From Macrostomum lignano (lineage: Eukaryota), in NCBI GenBank assembly GCA_002269645.1, contig NIVC01000003.1, positions 124,001-188,000 on the forward strand: DNA of 64,000 bases, given 5' to 3'. Below are positions 11,951 through 23,835 of the stretch, in pieces (position 1 is the first letter of the stretch; each line of letters opens with the position of its first letter). The position numbers were made by a program, and so were the translations under genes. The notes beneath the pieces are model-generated. The model ran no database searches, was not told the DNA's origin, and saw only the letters and a list, made by a program, of their open reading frames with translations.

Positions 11951-13486
11951 CAAGGTGCCCGCACCCTCCTTTATCTCCTTTATCTCCTTTATTCTCCTTT
12001 ATTTGGCAAACCCCTTATTTATATCCTTTATTTAGAAGATTTTTGGGACTTTCTCCTTTATAGTTTATTTTATTTTTAGCCACTTTAGCTCGTAGCACTT
12101 GTACTTAATGTATTGTTACTTTAGGGTCCTTTTAAATAATCATTTTTAAGAAGACTATTTTCCTAGGAAAAGTTATGTAGAAGAATAGTTTGTAAGTCTC
12201 AACAAAGGTTTGTATATATGATTAGTTAATAATTGAACAAACTTTAAAGCATCAACCCTAGGTTAGCCACAATATCAGATATGTGGAACTATGAAGCTAG
12301 AAAAATACAAGTTCTTCTTAGGACTGCAAGTTGGCTAAAAAGATGATATGATCAAAGCAGTCAACAAATAGGCCACAGAAAAAACAACCATGAAAGTACT
12401 ATGTCCTTTGAGAGTACAACTGGGAAAGTACATAAGTAAAACTGGCTTTTGAAGCAGGGATTGACAGGTTTTTACCTCAAAGGCCAGATAAAGAATCCAG
12501 CTAATTGCTACAAGGGCAGATGAGAGTGGAAAGAAGAATGAATAGACAATAAGAGAAAGGATAAAATATAAAAGACAAGAGGGTAAGGAGAGAAAAAAGG
12601 CAAAGAAGAGGGAGGAGGGAAGAGGAGTGCAAGGAAAATAGAGAGGAAAAGAGGCAAATAAGAGAGAAAAGAAGAGAGAGGAGAGATGAGAGAGAGAAGG
12701 GATAAAAGAAAATAGAGGAAAAAGGAGAGAGGAGAAGGATAAGAGAAAGATGAGAGAGGAAAGATTAAAGAGGAGAGATAATAGGGAAGAGAGTTAAGAG
12801 AAGAGAGAAGAGAAAAGATAGCAAAGGAAAGAGAAAAGAAGAGAGATGAGATGAGAGGAAAGATAAAAGATCCCAGAGGGGATACAGGAAAGAGTAGCAA
12901 AAAGAATAGATATAAGCAAGATAAGAGAGAAAAGAAGAAAATAGAGAGGATAGGAGAATAGGAAGAATAGAAAAGAGATGAGAGAAGAGATAGAAGAGAG
13001 GAGACAAAAAAGATACAAGTTTCAGAAGACCCAAAGGACATAGAGATAGAGGCAAAAGGCCAGAGTTTGCCTATATAGGCCTTAGATAGACATTGCCTAT
13101 CATTGTTACATTACCAAATTAAATCTCCTTTATTTTGGGATCAGTCAAACAGTCTCCTTATACATGCACAACCTCCAAAGTTTGGTCGGCCATGCAACTT
13201 AGTTTTAACAAAATTGTGACGCAGTTTTTGGCCAAAAATGTGACTTGCATGTAAAAAACCCTAACGCAACTTTGGGTAAATGGCAGGAATAACTATAACT
13301 GTCTTATTAAGTCAAAATGCCTTGTCAGCTACTTAGTACTACTACACTGGTATTTTTCGGGTGGTCATTTTTTGCAACTTCCTTGGTTGGCCACCAAATT
13401 GGTCAGCCGGATCGGCCAACTCGGCCAACTGTTGCGCATGTGTGAGTCTCCTTTATTTTACTTTCTCAAAATATGTGGGCACCCTG
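11951..13486. mobile_element. Non-autonomous hAT-like DNA element (~1.5 kb) with internal AG-rich tract (12520-13050)
   Basis: Short TIRs CA(A/G)GGTGCCC(G/A)CA at 11951 and ending at 13486, CTCCTTTAT-rich subtermini at both ends, and 8-bp flanks TTTATATA / TATATATA (7/8 match, consistent with a TSD). Confidence 0.55.
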
Positions 13487-14573
13487 TATATATAATAATA
13501 TATATTATTATTCATTATAGTTTTTTCTTTTTAGGCCATAGAATATGGTTGACTAAAAGTAGGATATGAAATCATATTTAAGACCTAGGTTTAGTTTCAA
13601 TTCAAGATAGCTTATATATAATCTTTGACCTGAATATTTTTTATAAAAAAGGAAAAACTAGTTTTGATTTATTTAGTGACATAGATTAGCTATAGAAATA
13701 AGCTATTATAATAAGCATTTTTAAGCCTATTTTTTTAACTCTTTAGTATTTTTACCCTTTTTAATATTTATTAGCTTTTTAGAATAAGTTTCTAGTTGTA
13801 CTAATTAGTTAACATTCAAGTTAAAAATTTTCCATTATAAATAGTGGTTTCTATTTAATGCTTATAGACTTTTGTCTTACCTAAAAAGCTTATATTGTCT
13901 TTTATAAAGTTTATTCCAATATTTTTTTGAAATCTATTATTATATTAAATGAATAAAAAAATTTAGGCAAAATGTTTTATTGTAGATACTTTAAAGTGTT
14001 AGATAAATCATATTTAAGCAAAGTGATTTAGTTATGGTAGCTATATACCCTAAAGCATAAAATAGCATATTGGCTAATACATTTGCTAATAATAAATAAT
14101 ACTAGAGGTCCATTATTGCCTATTAGTAAAAAAACAGTAATATTCTTAAGATTTATGATTTTCTAATGAGGTTGTTTCTTTTAGCTCATAAGTATCCTTA
14201 ATTTTAATCAACCTAAAACCTATTGTCAAACATTAAATGATTGAAATCTAAACTATAGAATAATATGTGTTTTATCATAAAGAATTTGTTACCTAAATTT
14301 TAAGTATAAAGTTAGTATAAAGAAAAGTATTTCTGATAATTTTCTAAAATATTATTGCTATCTTTATGACTAGTTTGTAGCTTTTCATTTTGAAACAAGA
14401 CAATATAACCAATTTATCTTATATTTTAATTGTTTCTGAATTTTTGTTATATATACTAAGGTTTTTGTGCTTATGAATGTTGATTTCAAAATTTAAATGT
14501 AAACAATAATATTTGGATATTAATGTCTGTCACTCCACTATAAAAAATATATTTATTTTTCTTTTTGCTGCTG

Positions 14574-16456
14574 ATGCTTGAGCAGATTAAATTGGTCTGC
14601 AAGAAGCTGGCTGCTAGTGAGGAGCCAGTCCGAATCAAGGGCTTCTTAGGGGCAAAGAAGCTTCTTTCTGGTGCAGAGGCAGTATCATTTGATAACATGA
14701 TGCTCATAATGAAAGGCCTGCACTACATGCTGTGGATGCAGGACCAGCCAATTAAGCACGAGGACATTGTAGACATGATCTGCTCTCTTCTGGGTGCGAT
14801 ATCCAGTCCAAAGAACAAGTTGAACTTTATTAAAGCGCTATTCGAGACAGAAGCCAGAGAATGGTCTTCAATCGACTTCTGGCGCGCGGACAAGTTCATG
14901 ATGCTCGTGCGTCGCTTCCTCAAAGCCTCCCTGGCGTTTTTGCAGTCCAACGAATGGAGCAGCGAACTGGTCAGCCAGTTCGTTCAAATCCTCAGGGACA
15001 GCGTTGTTAATGCCGATTTCAACCAGCCTAGCAACGGCCTGAAGCTGCACTTGGCTGACATTGTTGCGAGGAGCTCAGCATCACCACCGCCGGTCCAGAT
15101 GCTGTGCTGGCAATTTTGCGACCCTTCATCGATATTGTGGCGTCCGGGATGCACAAGCACCACGTGGTGGACAAGGTTGAGCAGGCGGTGCTGCAGTATC
15201 TGGCCGATCAGGCACTCTACCAGGCGGAGTCCGCGCAGCAGGACTCGGTTGAGTCGGAAGTCTGCTTAGTTGACATCGACATGGAGGAGCTGTGCAAGTG
15301 CCTCTTTGCCCTGGGATCAGATCCCAGCGTGAAAAGCCCCAATCGAAAGCGACTGTTTCACTGGTACAAGACGTTTAGAAATATTCTGAGCGGCAATGTT
15401 GGACCGGAGGGCCTGGTGCCCGCCGGACCGACCCTGGGCAAGGAGGAAATCACAGCGGCGGTTGCCCGCCTCATTAAACAGGAGAACAAGCGGAGAAAAA
15501 AAAAGAAAGCAAAACGTCTAGTTGAGGACGGCCAAGCAGGGAGTTCGAATACGCAGCCCAGTGCACCAGCGTCAGGCGCTAAGCTGGCCAAGGTCAAGAC
15601 CCCGAAAGCTTTGGCCAAGCAAAAGCAGACTGTTGGAGGCGCCAAGTCTTCATTGGCTTTGGCAAAAAAGAAAGCCATTGCTGCTGGCGCTTCACCTCAG
15701 GGTGCCAGCATTGAAGCGCAGCCTGGAGTGGCCAAGTCCCCCCAAAGCCCAAGAACTGCCAAGCAGTCTGGGCAGTCGCCAAAATCCAATGAGAAATCGC
15801 CCGCCATCCAAGGAGCGCCTGAAGTTTCAGCCAAAGAGAAGTCGCCTGTCATAAAAAAATCGCCAAAAGGCCCAGCCCCGGCCAAAGCCAAAGAAAAATC
15901 GCCTGCTGTCCAGCAATCGCCCCAGGTCTCAAATAATAAAAAATCACCTCAGGGCTTGGCCAAAGAGAAATCGCCCGCCACCTCGAAGTCTCCCAAGGAC
16001 TCTGTCAAGCCGGAGTCCCCAGCCGGTGGCAAGCGCAAGCAGCCGTCTTTGTCGCCTTTGACGGCTCCCGGTGCGGGCAGCAGTACGCCGCCATCAGCTA
16101 AGCGCGCGCGCATGTCGCCCGCAGTGTCAGCGGACTGCAGCGTCACCCCGGCATCGCAGTCCGCAACGCCGAAGCAGCAGCTGCTTCTGTCCACGCCCCA
16201 GAGTGCTGACTGCGACAGCGAGGGAAAACAGAATCGTTCCGTAACATTTGGCAAGATATTTCGCAAGCGATTCAACAAGAAGGACCGGGTTGTTACGCCG
16301 ACGGCTTCGGGTGACGATAAAACGCCGGAGCGGTCGATTTTGAAGAAGTCGAGTGGCTTGGGCTCCTCGCTGAGGCTGCGCTCGCCAGGCTCCAAGAAGT
16401 CGCCAGGCTCCAAGAAGTCGCCGGCCTCCAAGAAGTCGCCGCAGAATCGCGTTTGA
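14574..16456 (+). CDS. RRP1B: RRP1B/Nop52-family ribosome biogenesis protein, intronless, with a 1-nt frameshift near 15064-15068
   Basis: Nop52 motifs KGLHYMLWMQDQP, EWSSIDFWRADKFMMLVRRFL and NGLKLHLADI lie in frame 1. EEL...LRPFIDIV and NRKRLF lie in frame 2 (ORF 15104..16456). The basic S/T-P-rich tail contains RSVTF (RVxF) and SILK PP1-docking motifs, as known for RRP1B. Confidence 0.85.
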
Positions 16457-16521
16457 CCCGAGTCGGTGTGTGGCCTGTCTGCAGCGCTGCGGGACTTTCT
16501 GTGGCAGCATACGGTTGGGGA

Positions 16522-19500
16522 ATGAGGTGAGTGAATTCTGCTGCTCACATGCTTGGTTTCAGCCTTTTATCTGCCATCAGAAATATCAACTGTCATCCCA
16601 TGCTACAGCATGTTATTTAAAAGTTCAGTTAGTTCTAATTAGAGGCAGGGAGCTGCCCATTCCGCCGATTCCCTTGAGCATGTCACACAAGCGCGCGGAT
16701 ACGTACGCAGTCATACGCACAGGCACACACTCACACAGGAGTGTACAGCGGCCCTAAACTTTATGTATCGGTAGGCATGTACACTTCACTGCGCCTTGCG
16801 GATTGGTCCTCAAGAACGTTAATTGAACGAGAAGACACAAGGCGGACTTCCAATTTAGCCTAAAGTAATGTGACGGCACCTGGGCCGCTGGCACATACTG
16901 AAGTGCAGATATGCCAAGCAATACTTTCACTTGTGCTCTTATTTCATGAATTCAAAGTATAATCTTTCAATAAAAGACGAACATTTTTTCAGATTGAAAT
17001 TCAACAGTTCGCTTGGCTACCTGGCGAGCTGGGAATGTAATATTTCGGCATTTATGATGAGGCCAACTGCGTTCCGCTCTTCGAGATTGACCAGCTTCCT
17101 TCTATCTCTTGTTCTTCGTAGCCTGAAATGCCTATGTTTTTTCGCAGACTATTGTAAATGCCTAATTTACACTTATTATTAAATTAAGGTTTCATTGCTT
17201 TATTTTATAATATTACTCATAGTAGTTTAGACAATGCGCGAGTTTATCAATCTGCTATCTAAACTCCCTGCGGGCATTCTCTGCTGATATTGTAGTTTAG
17301 CCATATTGTACGTGCGCCCTAAACCATCCGCCATGCTGCACTGACACTTATAAACTGGTTATGTTCTGCTTTTTAATTTATTATCTAATTCTATTGACTT
17401 GTTGTTCGATTTCTAGTATGCCAACAGAATCAGTGCGAGTGCACACTTGCTTATATTTTGGCCGTATGTTTGCAGCCTTAGCCGTTTGAGCATTTTATTA
17501 TTGTGCTTTGTTTCACACCTGTTCCCAGCTTCATTGTCATAATTAATCATTTTTATGGACTGGACTGGCGTGACTACGGAACTGATATGCGATCGCAGTG
17601 ACTGAGTAATAAGGAGTCTGGTCTTCATTTCCTTATTGTGAATTATTTCTTTATCGTAAGGTAAATTGAGTATTTGGGCGGGTGCTATTGTAGTGCAAGA
17701 CTAAGGGGTGCTCAGGCTAGAACTAAGGGGTGCTCAGGCTACTGTAGTGCAGAACTAAGGGGTGCTCAGGCTACTGTAGTGCAAGACTAAGGGGTGCTCA
17801 GGCTACTGTAGTGCAGAACTAAGGGGTGCTCAGGCTACTGTAGTGCAGAACTAAGGGGTGCTCAGGCTACTGTAGTGCAAGACTAAGGGGTGCTCAGGCT
17901 ACTGTAGTGCAAGACTAAGGGGTGCTCAGGCTACTGTAGCGCAAGACTAAGGGGTGCTCAGGCTACTGTAGTGCAGAACTAAGGGGTGCTCAGGCTACTG
18001 TAGTGCAAGACTAAGGGGTGCTCAGGCTACTGTAGCGCAAGACTAAGGGGTGCTCAGGCTACTGTAGTGCAAGACTAAGGGGTGCTCAGGCTACTGTAGT
18101 GCAAGACTAAGGGGTGCTCAGGCTACTGTAGCGCAAGACTAAGGGGTGCTCAGGCTACTGTAGTGCAAGACTAAGGGGTGCTCAGGCTACTGTAGTGCAG
18201 AACTAAGGGGTGCTCAGGCTACTGTAGTGCAAGACTAAGGGGTGCTCAGGCTACTGTAGCGCAAGACTAAGGGGTGCTCAGGCTACTGTAGTGCAAGACT
18301 AAGGGGTGTTCAGGCTACTGTAGTGCAAGACTAAGGGGTGCTCAGGCTACTGTAGCGCAAGACTAAGGGGTGCTCAGGCTACTGTAGTGCAAGACTAAGG
18401 GGTGCTCAGGCTACTGTAGTGCAAGACTAAGGGGTGCTCAGGCTACTGTAGTGCAAGACTAGGGGGTGCTCAGGCTACTGTAGTGTAAGACTAGGGGGTG
18501 CTCAGGCTACTGTAGTGCAAGACTAGGGGGTGCTCAGGCTACTGTAGTGCAAGACTAAGGGGTGCTCAGGCTACTGTAGTGCAAGACTAAGGGGTGCTCA
18601 GGCTACTGTAGTGCAGAACTAAGGGGTGCTCAGGCTACTGTAGTGCAGAACTAAGGGGTGCCCAGGCTACTGTAGTGCAGAACTAAGGAGTGCTCAGGCT
18701 ACTGTAGTGCAGAACTAAGGGGTGCTCAGGCTACTGTAGTGCAAGACTAAAGGGTGTCAGGGGTTCCTAATACTCAGTGCAATGTACTGCTGACTCAAAG
18801 AGGCATCACTAGTATGATACAGAACTCCTGCTTCTCCTGTTTCCAATAGCGGCAATCCAAATCCTCGCTGACTTCAGTCTCTGGACGCCCGTCTGGCATC
18901 CCTGGCCGAGTGCCAGCGGCGGCTCGCTGGCTTTCGGGACGCCCAGCCCACTGAGCTGCCATCGGAAGCGGAGCTGGCCGCCTCCTGGTCTGGCTTCATC
19001 TCCGCCTTTGCCGAGCTGTCAGCTCAGGCCGGTCAGCAGCGAACTCGCGCCCTGGATTCGGCCGCCGCGACCATCAAGCGGGTGGCCGCCAAGGGCCGCC
19101 GCCAGTTCCAGTTTCTGCGCGCCGGATTCGTTCAGCTGGCGTCCGCCTGGCCGAGCCGCGCCAACTCGTGGCGCGAGCGCTCCAGCGTGCTGCTGGAACT
19201 GGCAGTCAGCTGCAGCCTCTACTGGATCTGCTGCTCCGGGCAACGCCGCAAACGGCGCCGGCAGAAACAGCCGAGCGAAGTTGACGCGACTGCAGCGACT
19301 GTTGCTAAGAGAGTTGGCCGCCTCGGCGACCTCTGGGTGGACGGCCTTCTGCTCGGCGGCACTGACTGCCCTGCTGGATTCGAGGAGGACAGGTTCGATT
19401 CTCGGCCAATTGACAGGGTTTTAATAAAATAAGGGTGCTGGAAGTGCCTTAAGATAGGGGTAGTGATGTAGAGAGGTCACTGCACTGCCATTCGTACGCC

Positions 19501-21050
19501 AGCGCACACTGGTTTCACTCTTCTCTCCGTGCCTGCAGCGACTCGGCGCTGGAGTTCCGCTGCCTGCTGGTCACGCTGCTGCACGAGTACGTGGGCCGGT
19601 TCGCCTACGTCAAGGGACTTCATCCGGCCTTCGCTGACCTTTTTGTCCGTCTGGTGGCCGGCCTGCCCGCCGGTTCGCCACTGTCCGAGCACGTTGTTAG
19701 GTGCGTATTCGAGCACTACTACTGCCAGTACTATCCGCTGAGTAAGATTCGCACGGAGCTGAGCAGCGGCAACCCAGCCCGGCTCACTGGCGCCGACATC
19801 GGCCTCGCCCTCACCAAGCACGGCTTCTTGGCTCACCGCGTCAACTATGCCAGCTTGCTGCGCCAGCTGATTGGCTATGCCAGAATGCCGGGCACGCCCG
19901 CGCCGACCAGGGACCTCCTGCTGCGTCTGGCCGCCATGGCCGCCTGCGTCATCGAGGACCGGCCGCCGCACACCAGCTGGAAATCGGTGCAGCCGGACGA
20001 CTTCAGGCGGCTGCTGACTGCGGCAGAGACCGACGCGGACGGCGATGAAGATGTGGAGAATCAAGATTTGGAAACCACTTTGGGTGAGCGAAATCAATCC
20101 TGACTTGATGCCCTTCTCAATATATCGATCCTCAATCGATCCCAAAGCCTAATTAACACGGGAAATCTATCCTAAGCCCTAATTAACAGGGTAAATCGAT
20201 CCTAAGCCCTAATTAACAGGGGAAATCGGTCCCCAAGCCCTAATTAACAGGGGAAATCGATCCTAAGCCCTAATTAACAGGGGAAATCGATCCCCAAGCC
20301 CTAATTAACAGGGTAAATCGATCCTAAGCCCTAATTAACAGGGGAAATCGGTCCCCAAGCCCTAATTAACAGGGGAAATCGGTCCCCAAGCCCTAATTAA
20401 CAGGGGAAATCAATCCCCAAGCCCTAATTAACAGGGGAAATCGATCCTAAGCCCTAATTAACAGGGGAAATCGATCCCCAAGCCCTAATTAACAGGGGAA
20501 ATCGGTCCCCAAGCCCTAATTAACAGGGGAAATCGATCCTAAGCCCTAATTAACAGGGGAAATCGATCCCCAAGCCCTAATTAACAGGGGAAATCGGTCC
20601 CCAAGCCCTAATTAACAGGGGAAATCGGTCCCCAAGCCCTAATTAACAGGGGAAATCGATCCCAAGCCCTAATTAACAGGGGAAATCGATCCCAAGCCTT
20701 AATTAACAGGGGAAATCGGTCCCTATGCAATAGCATACGGTGCAAGCGCTTGAAATTCTGCTTTGACAGACGCTCCATTCATTGACCTGGACCTCAGCGA
20801 TGCCGCTGAAGAAACCGCAGCAGCCACCGGCTCAGCCACCACGTCCGCTTCCGTTAATCTCTCGGCCGCCGGTCAGCCAGCGCCGCCGCAGGACGCCAGC
20901 GGCAGCGTGGAGGCCGGGCGGAAGTCGGCCAAGAAGCGGCCCAAGTCCGGCAAGGAGAAGCCGCAGACCGAGCCGCCCAATGCGGACGACAATCAGGCCG
21001 AGAAGAAGCAGAAGAAAAAGAAGAAAAAGTGCCACAACGAGGCCGAGTAG
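16522..21050 (+). CDS. Highly diverged Nop52/RRP1-like paralog (~457 codons) with an in-frame TGA at codon 9
   Basis: Exons 16522-16526 (ATGAG|GTGAGT), 18850-19392, 19539-20083 and 20770-21050; all GT-AG with compatible phases, 1374 nt in total. Segments RLASLAECQRR, EAELAASWSGF, QFLRAGFVQLASAW...WRER, VRCVFEH and NYASLLRQL...A...TPAPTRDLL, plus RRLL and a Lys-rich tail, are collinear with RRP1 motifs (by-eye alignment). The first micro-exon is the least certain part. Confidence 0.65.
17700..18755. repeat. 32-bp minisatellite (ACTAAGGGGTGCTCAGGCTACTGTAGTGCAAG), intronic
   Basis: About 33 tandem copies. Confidence 0.97.
20144..20722. repeat. 30-31-bp minisatellite (AAGCCCTAATTAACAGGGGAAATCGATCC), intronic
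   Basis: About 19 tandem copies filling intron 20084-20769. Confidence 0.97.
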
Positions 21051-21476
21051 CCCCGTTGTCGAAATCTCTCTATTTTTCACTCTAGTTTGCTTATAATATC
21101 CCGAATAGGGATTTGAATTGATTGGTTATAAAGTTTTTTGTTATCCCTCTGTGTGTAAGGCTGTCGTATTTCAAACTGAGTGCATTTGTTAAATTCCAAA
21201 CTACTTCAAGTAGCTTTGTCGATACTAATAAATTGATCAGCATATTGGCTGGGCTTTGGAAGTTTCTTAGTTTCATAAGCTATTTTTAGCTTGTAATTGC
21301 TTTATTCTGTTGTACTCTGTAAATAGCTCTTATTTAACTCAAGTGGAGAAGATTGGGCTCCTGGAAAAATCTATAGAGATGTATAGGCTAAGATGAGCTC
21401 CTTTTCACAGCTTAATTCTTAACCCAAATAATTCATCCATCTTGGATATTCTTTGCTTCCAGCCAATCTGGTCCGG

Positions 21477-23070
21477 ATGCCCGGAACTGAGCGCACAACC
21501 AGGCAGTTTGATGAGGTAGGAACTAATTTGATAAACTTTGCAATTTAACTGCATCCAGTGGGGAGGGGTACCTGCGAGTTTGAAATCTAGTGGCTAGGTG
21601 TTGAGGATAGGGAATTATTGGCTGGAAATCAGCGGCACACAGTGCAGTGACTTAGTGACTGGGGATCAGTGACTTAGTGACTGGGGATCAGTGACTTAAT
21701 GACTGGGGATCAGTGACTTAGTGACTGGGGATCAGTGACTTAATGACTAAAGATTAGTGACTTAGTGACTGGGGATCAGTGACTTAATGACTGGGGATCA
21801 GTGACTTAGTGACTGAGGGATCAGTGACTTAATGACTGAGGGATCAGTGACTTAGTGACTGGGGATCAGTGACTTAGTGACTGAGGGATCTGTGACTTAG
21901 TGACTGAGGGATCTGTGACTTAGTGACTGGGGATCAGTGACTTAGTGACTGAGGGATCTGTGACTTAGTGACTAAGGGATCTGTGACTTAGTGACTGGGG
22001 ATCAGTGGCACAGGGGAACTGCCTGTAGCCGGTAGCCCAGGCAAAGGTGAAAGACAAGTCTTTGATTTTGTTGCAGACGCAGCTGCCACCAAAGAAGCGC
22101 CTGCGCAGCGATCGGCAGACGCCGGCCGGCTCCCCAGCCGCCAATTCGCTTGGCCAGCAGCTGGTGCAGGAGACGCTGGCTCGGGACCGGGCCATCCTGG
22201 ACATGCAGGAGCTGGCCGCGCTGGAGCGGAAGCGCCAACGCCTGCTGTTTGAGTTGCGACGGAACGGCAAAAAAGTGCACAACGGTTCGAGTCCTCCTCA
22301 GCAGCGGAAATCGACAACTGCTGTCCCCGCGGTGGCTGAGTCAACTGGTGCAGAGGAGCGAGCTCTGCTGAGCACTCTGGCTCGGATCACCGTGCTGCTG
22401 GCCAAGCAAAATAAGACAAAAGGTGGGTACTTGGTCTTTGACCCATGGAAATTGAACTGTTTTGTCTTATCCTGTCATCATTTTTATTCAGGGTTTTGTA
22501 GATTATCCCAGAATCCTTTCACCCATACGCGCGACTCAGAATCCTTTGACCCATGCTCCCCGACCCAAAATCCTTCGACCCATGCTCCCCGACCCAAAAT
22601 CATTCGACCCATGCTCCCCGACCCAAAATCCTTCGACCCATGTCCCCCGACCCAAAATCTTTTGACCCATGCTCCCCGACCCAAAATCCTTCGACCCATG
22701 CTCCCCGACCCAAAATCCTTCGACCCATGTCTACTCGACCCTAAATCCTTAGACCCATGTCCAATCGACCCAAAATCCTTCGACCCATGCTCCCCGACCC
22801 AAAATCCTTCGACCCATGCTCCCCGACCCAAAATCCTTCGACCCATGCTCCCCGACCTAAAATCCTTCGACCCATGTCCACTTGACCTAAAATCCTTTAA
22901 CCCATGCTCGCTGACTTAAAATATCCATTCGATTGTCTATTTCAGAGGAAAATACTTCAAAATGGAATGTCTTAATAAAGCCGCAGCAGCACATGAACAA
23001 GTCGGAGCCAGAACAGCAGCAGAGGGAAAAGCAAGAGGGTGACAGCATTGCCGTTAGTGGCTACGATTAG
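21477..23070 (+). CDS. Uncharacterised ~170-aa protein (basic NLS-like PPKKRLR, short coiled coil)
   Basis: Exons 21477-21515, 22077-22422 and 22946-23070; GT-AG, phases 0 and 1 match. Reads MPGTERTTRQFDE|TQLPPKKRLRS...ETLARDRAILDMQELAALERKRQRLLFELRR...|EENTSKW...SGYD*. No family recognised. Confidence 0.7.
21646..22006. repeat. 22-bp minisatellite (GTGACTTAGTGACTGGGGATCA), intronic
   Basis: About 16 tandem copies. Confidence 0.95.
22535..22910. repeat. 29-bp minisatellite (CGACCCAAAATCCTTCGACCCATGCTCCC), intronic
   Basis: About 13 tandem copies. Confidence 0.95.
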
Positions 23071-23242
23071 TTCTTTTTGTGTACTTTTAGAAGCAAAAAA
23101 CTAGCACAAAAAGGCGCTTTTATGAAATTATTTTTACATTGACCAACTTCTTCATTCTTTCAAACTCAGCTGCTTTGCTTTTCGACATCTTTTTGCTGCA
23201 ACTGTTTCATGCTTTATAATGAGCCTTGCTGCAATGCGACTG

Positions 23243-23356
23243 TCTGACCCACCCTGACCAATCAGAGTTGTTCCAGCCTGAATGTGTCTGACCCACCCTG
23301 ACCAATCAGAGTTGTTCCAGCCTGAATGTGTCTGACCCACCCTGACCAATCAGAGT
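23243..23356. repeat. 44-bp tandem repeat, ~2.5 copies
   Basis: TCTGACCCACCCTGACCAATCAGAGTTGTTCCAGCCTGAATGTG repeated. Confidence 0.85.
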
Positions 23357-23835
23357 TGGTGCTCAAACTTATTACTGGGCACAAAAAAGCTTTATTATCG
23401 GAGGTGTGGCACTGTATTTATAAATTTAAATTATTTTTATTGACATCCTTTGAACCAAGAACTTATAATTGCGTTTCTTTCCTCCATTTGGTGCCGGGTC
23501 TTTCTGTCTTTAGCGTTCATTTTTCTTGAGTGATAATTTTCTGAGACGGAAAGATGTTCAAGTCGTACTGGTGTGACAGCATTTTATCGAAGGCCGGGTT
23601 GTAGTCGGCTTGTATCTGCGATTTAGTCATAATCATGAATATTAAATATACACGGCGCTGGTGCTGCCATTTTTGTTAAATAAGAGCCGATTTTTGCTGT
23701 TTTTTGGACTTTAATGAACTAAGATTTTCGCAATACTCAGTCGTAATACGTTTAACCCACCGATTTAACATTATTAATTTTTGAAATGCTTTGAGAATCC
23801 CATTTGCACAAATAGCTGTTAAAATCCCATTTCTC

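Noticed and set aside
15055-15110. Programmed ribosomal frameshift in RRP1B
   Set aside because: No slippery heptamer or obvious stimulatory structure, and another indel in the window looks like a sequencing error; kept only as a low-interest finding.
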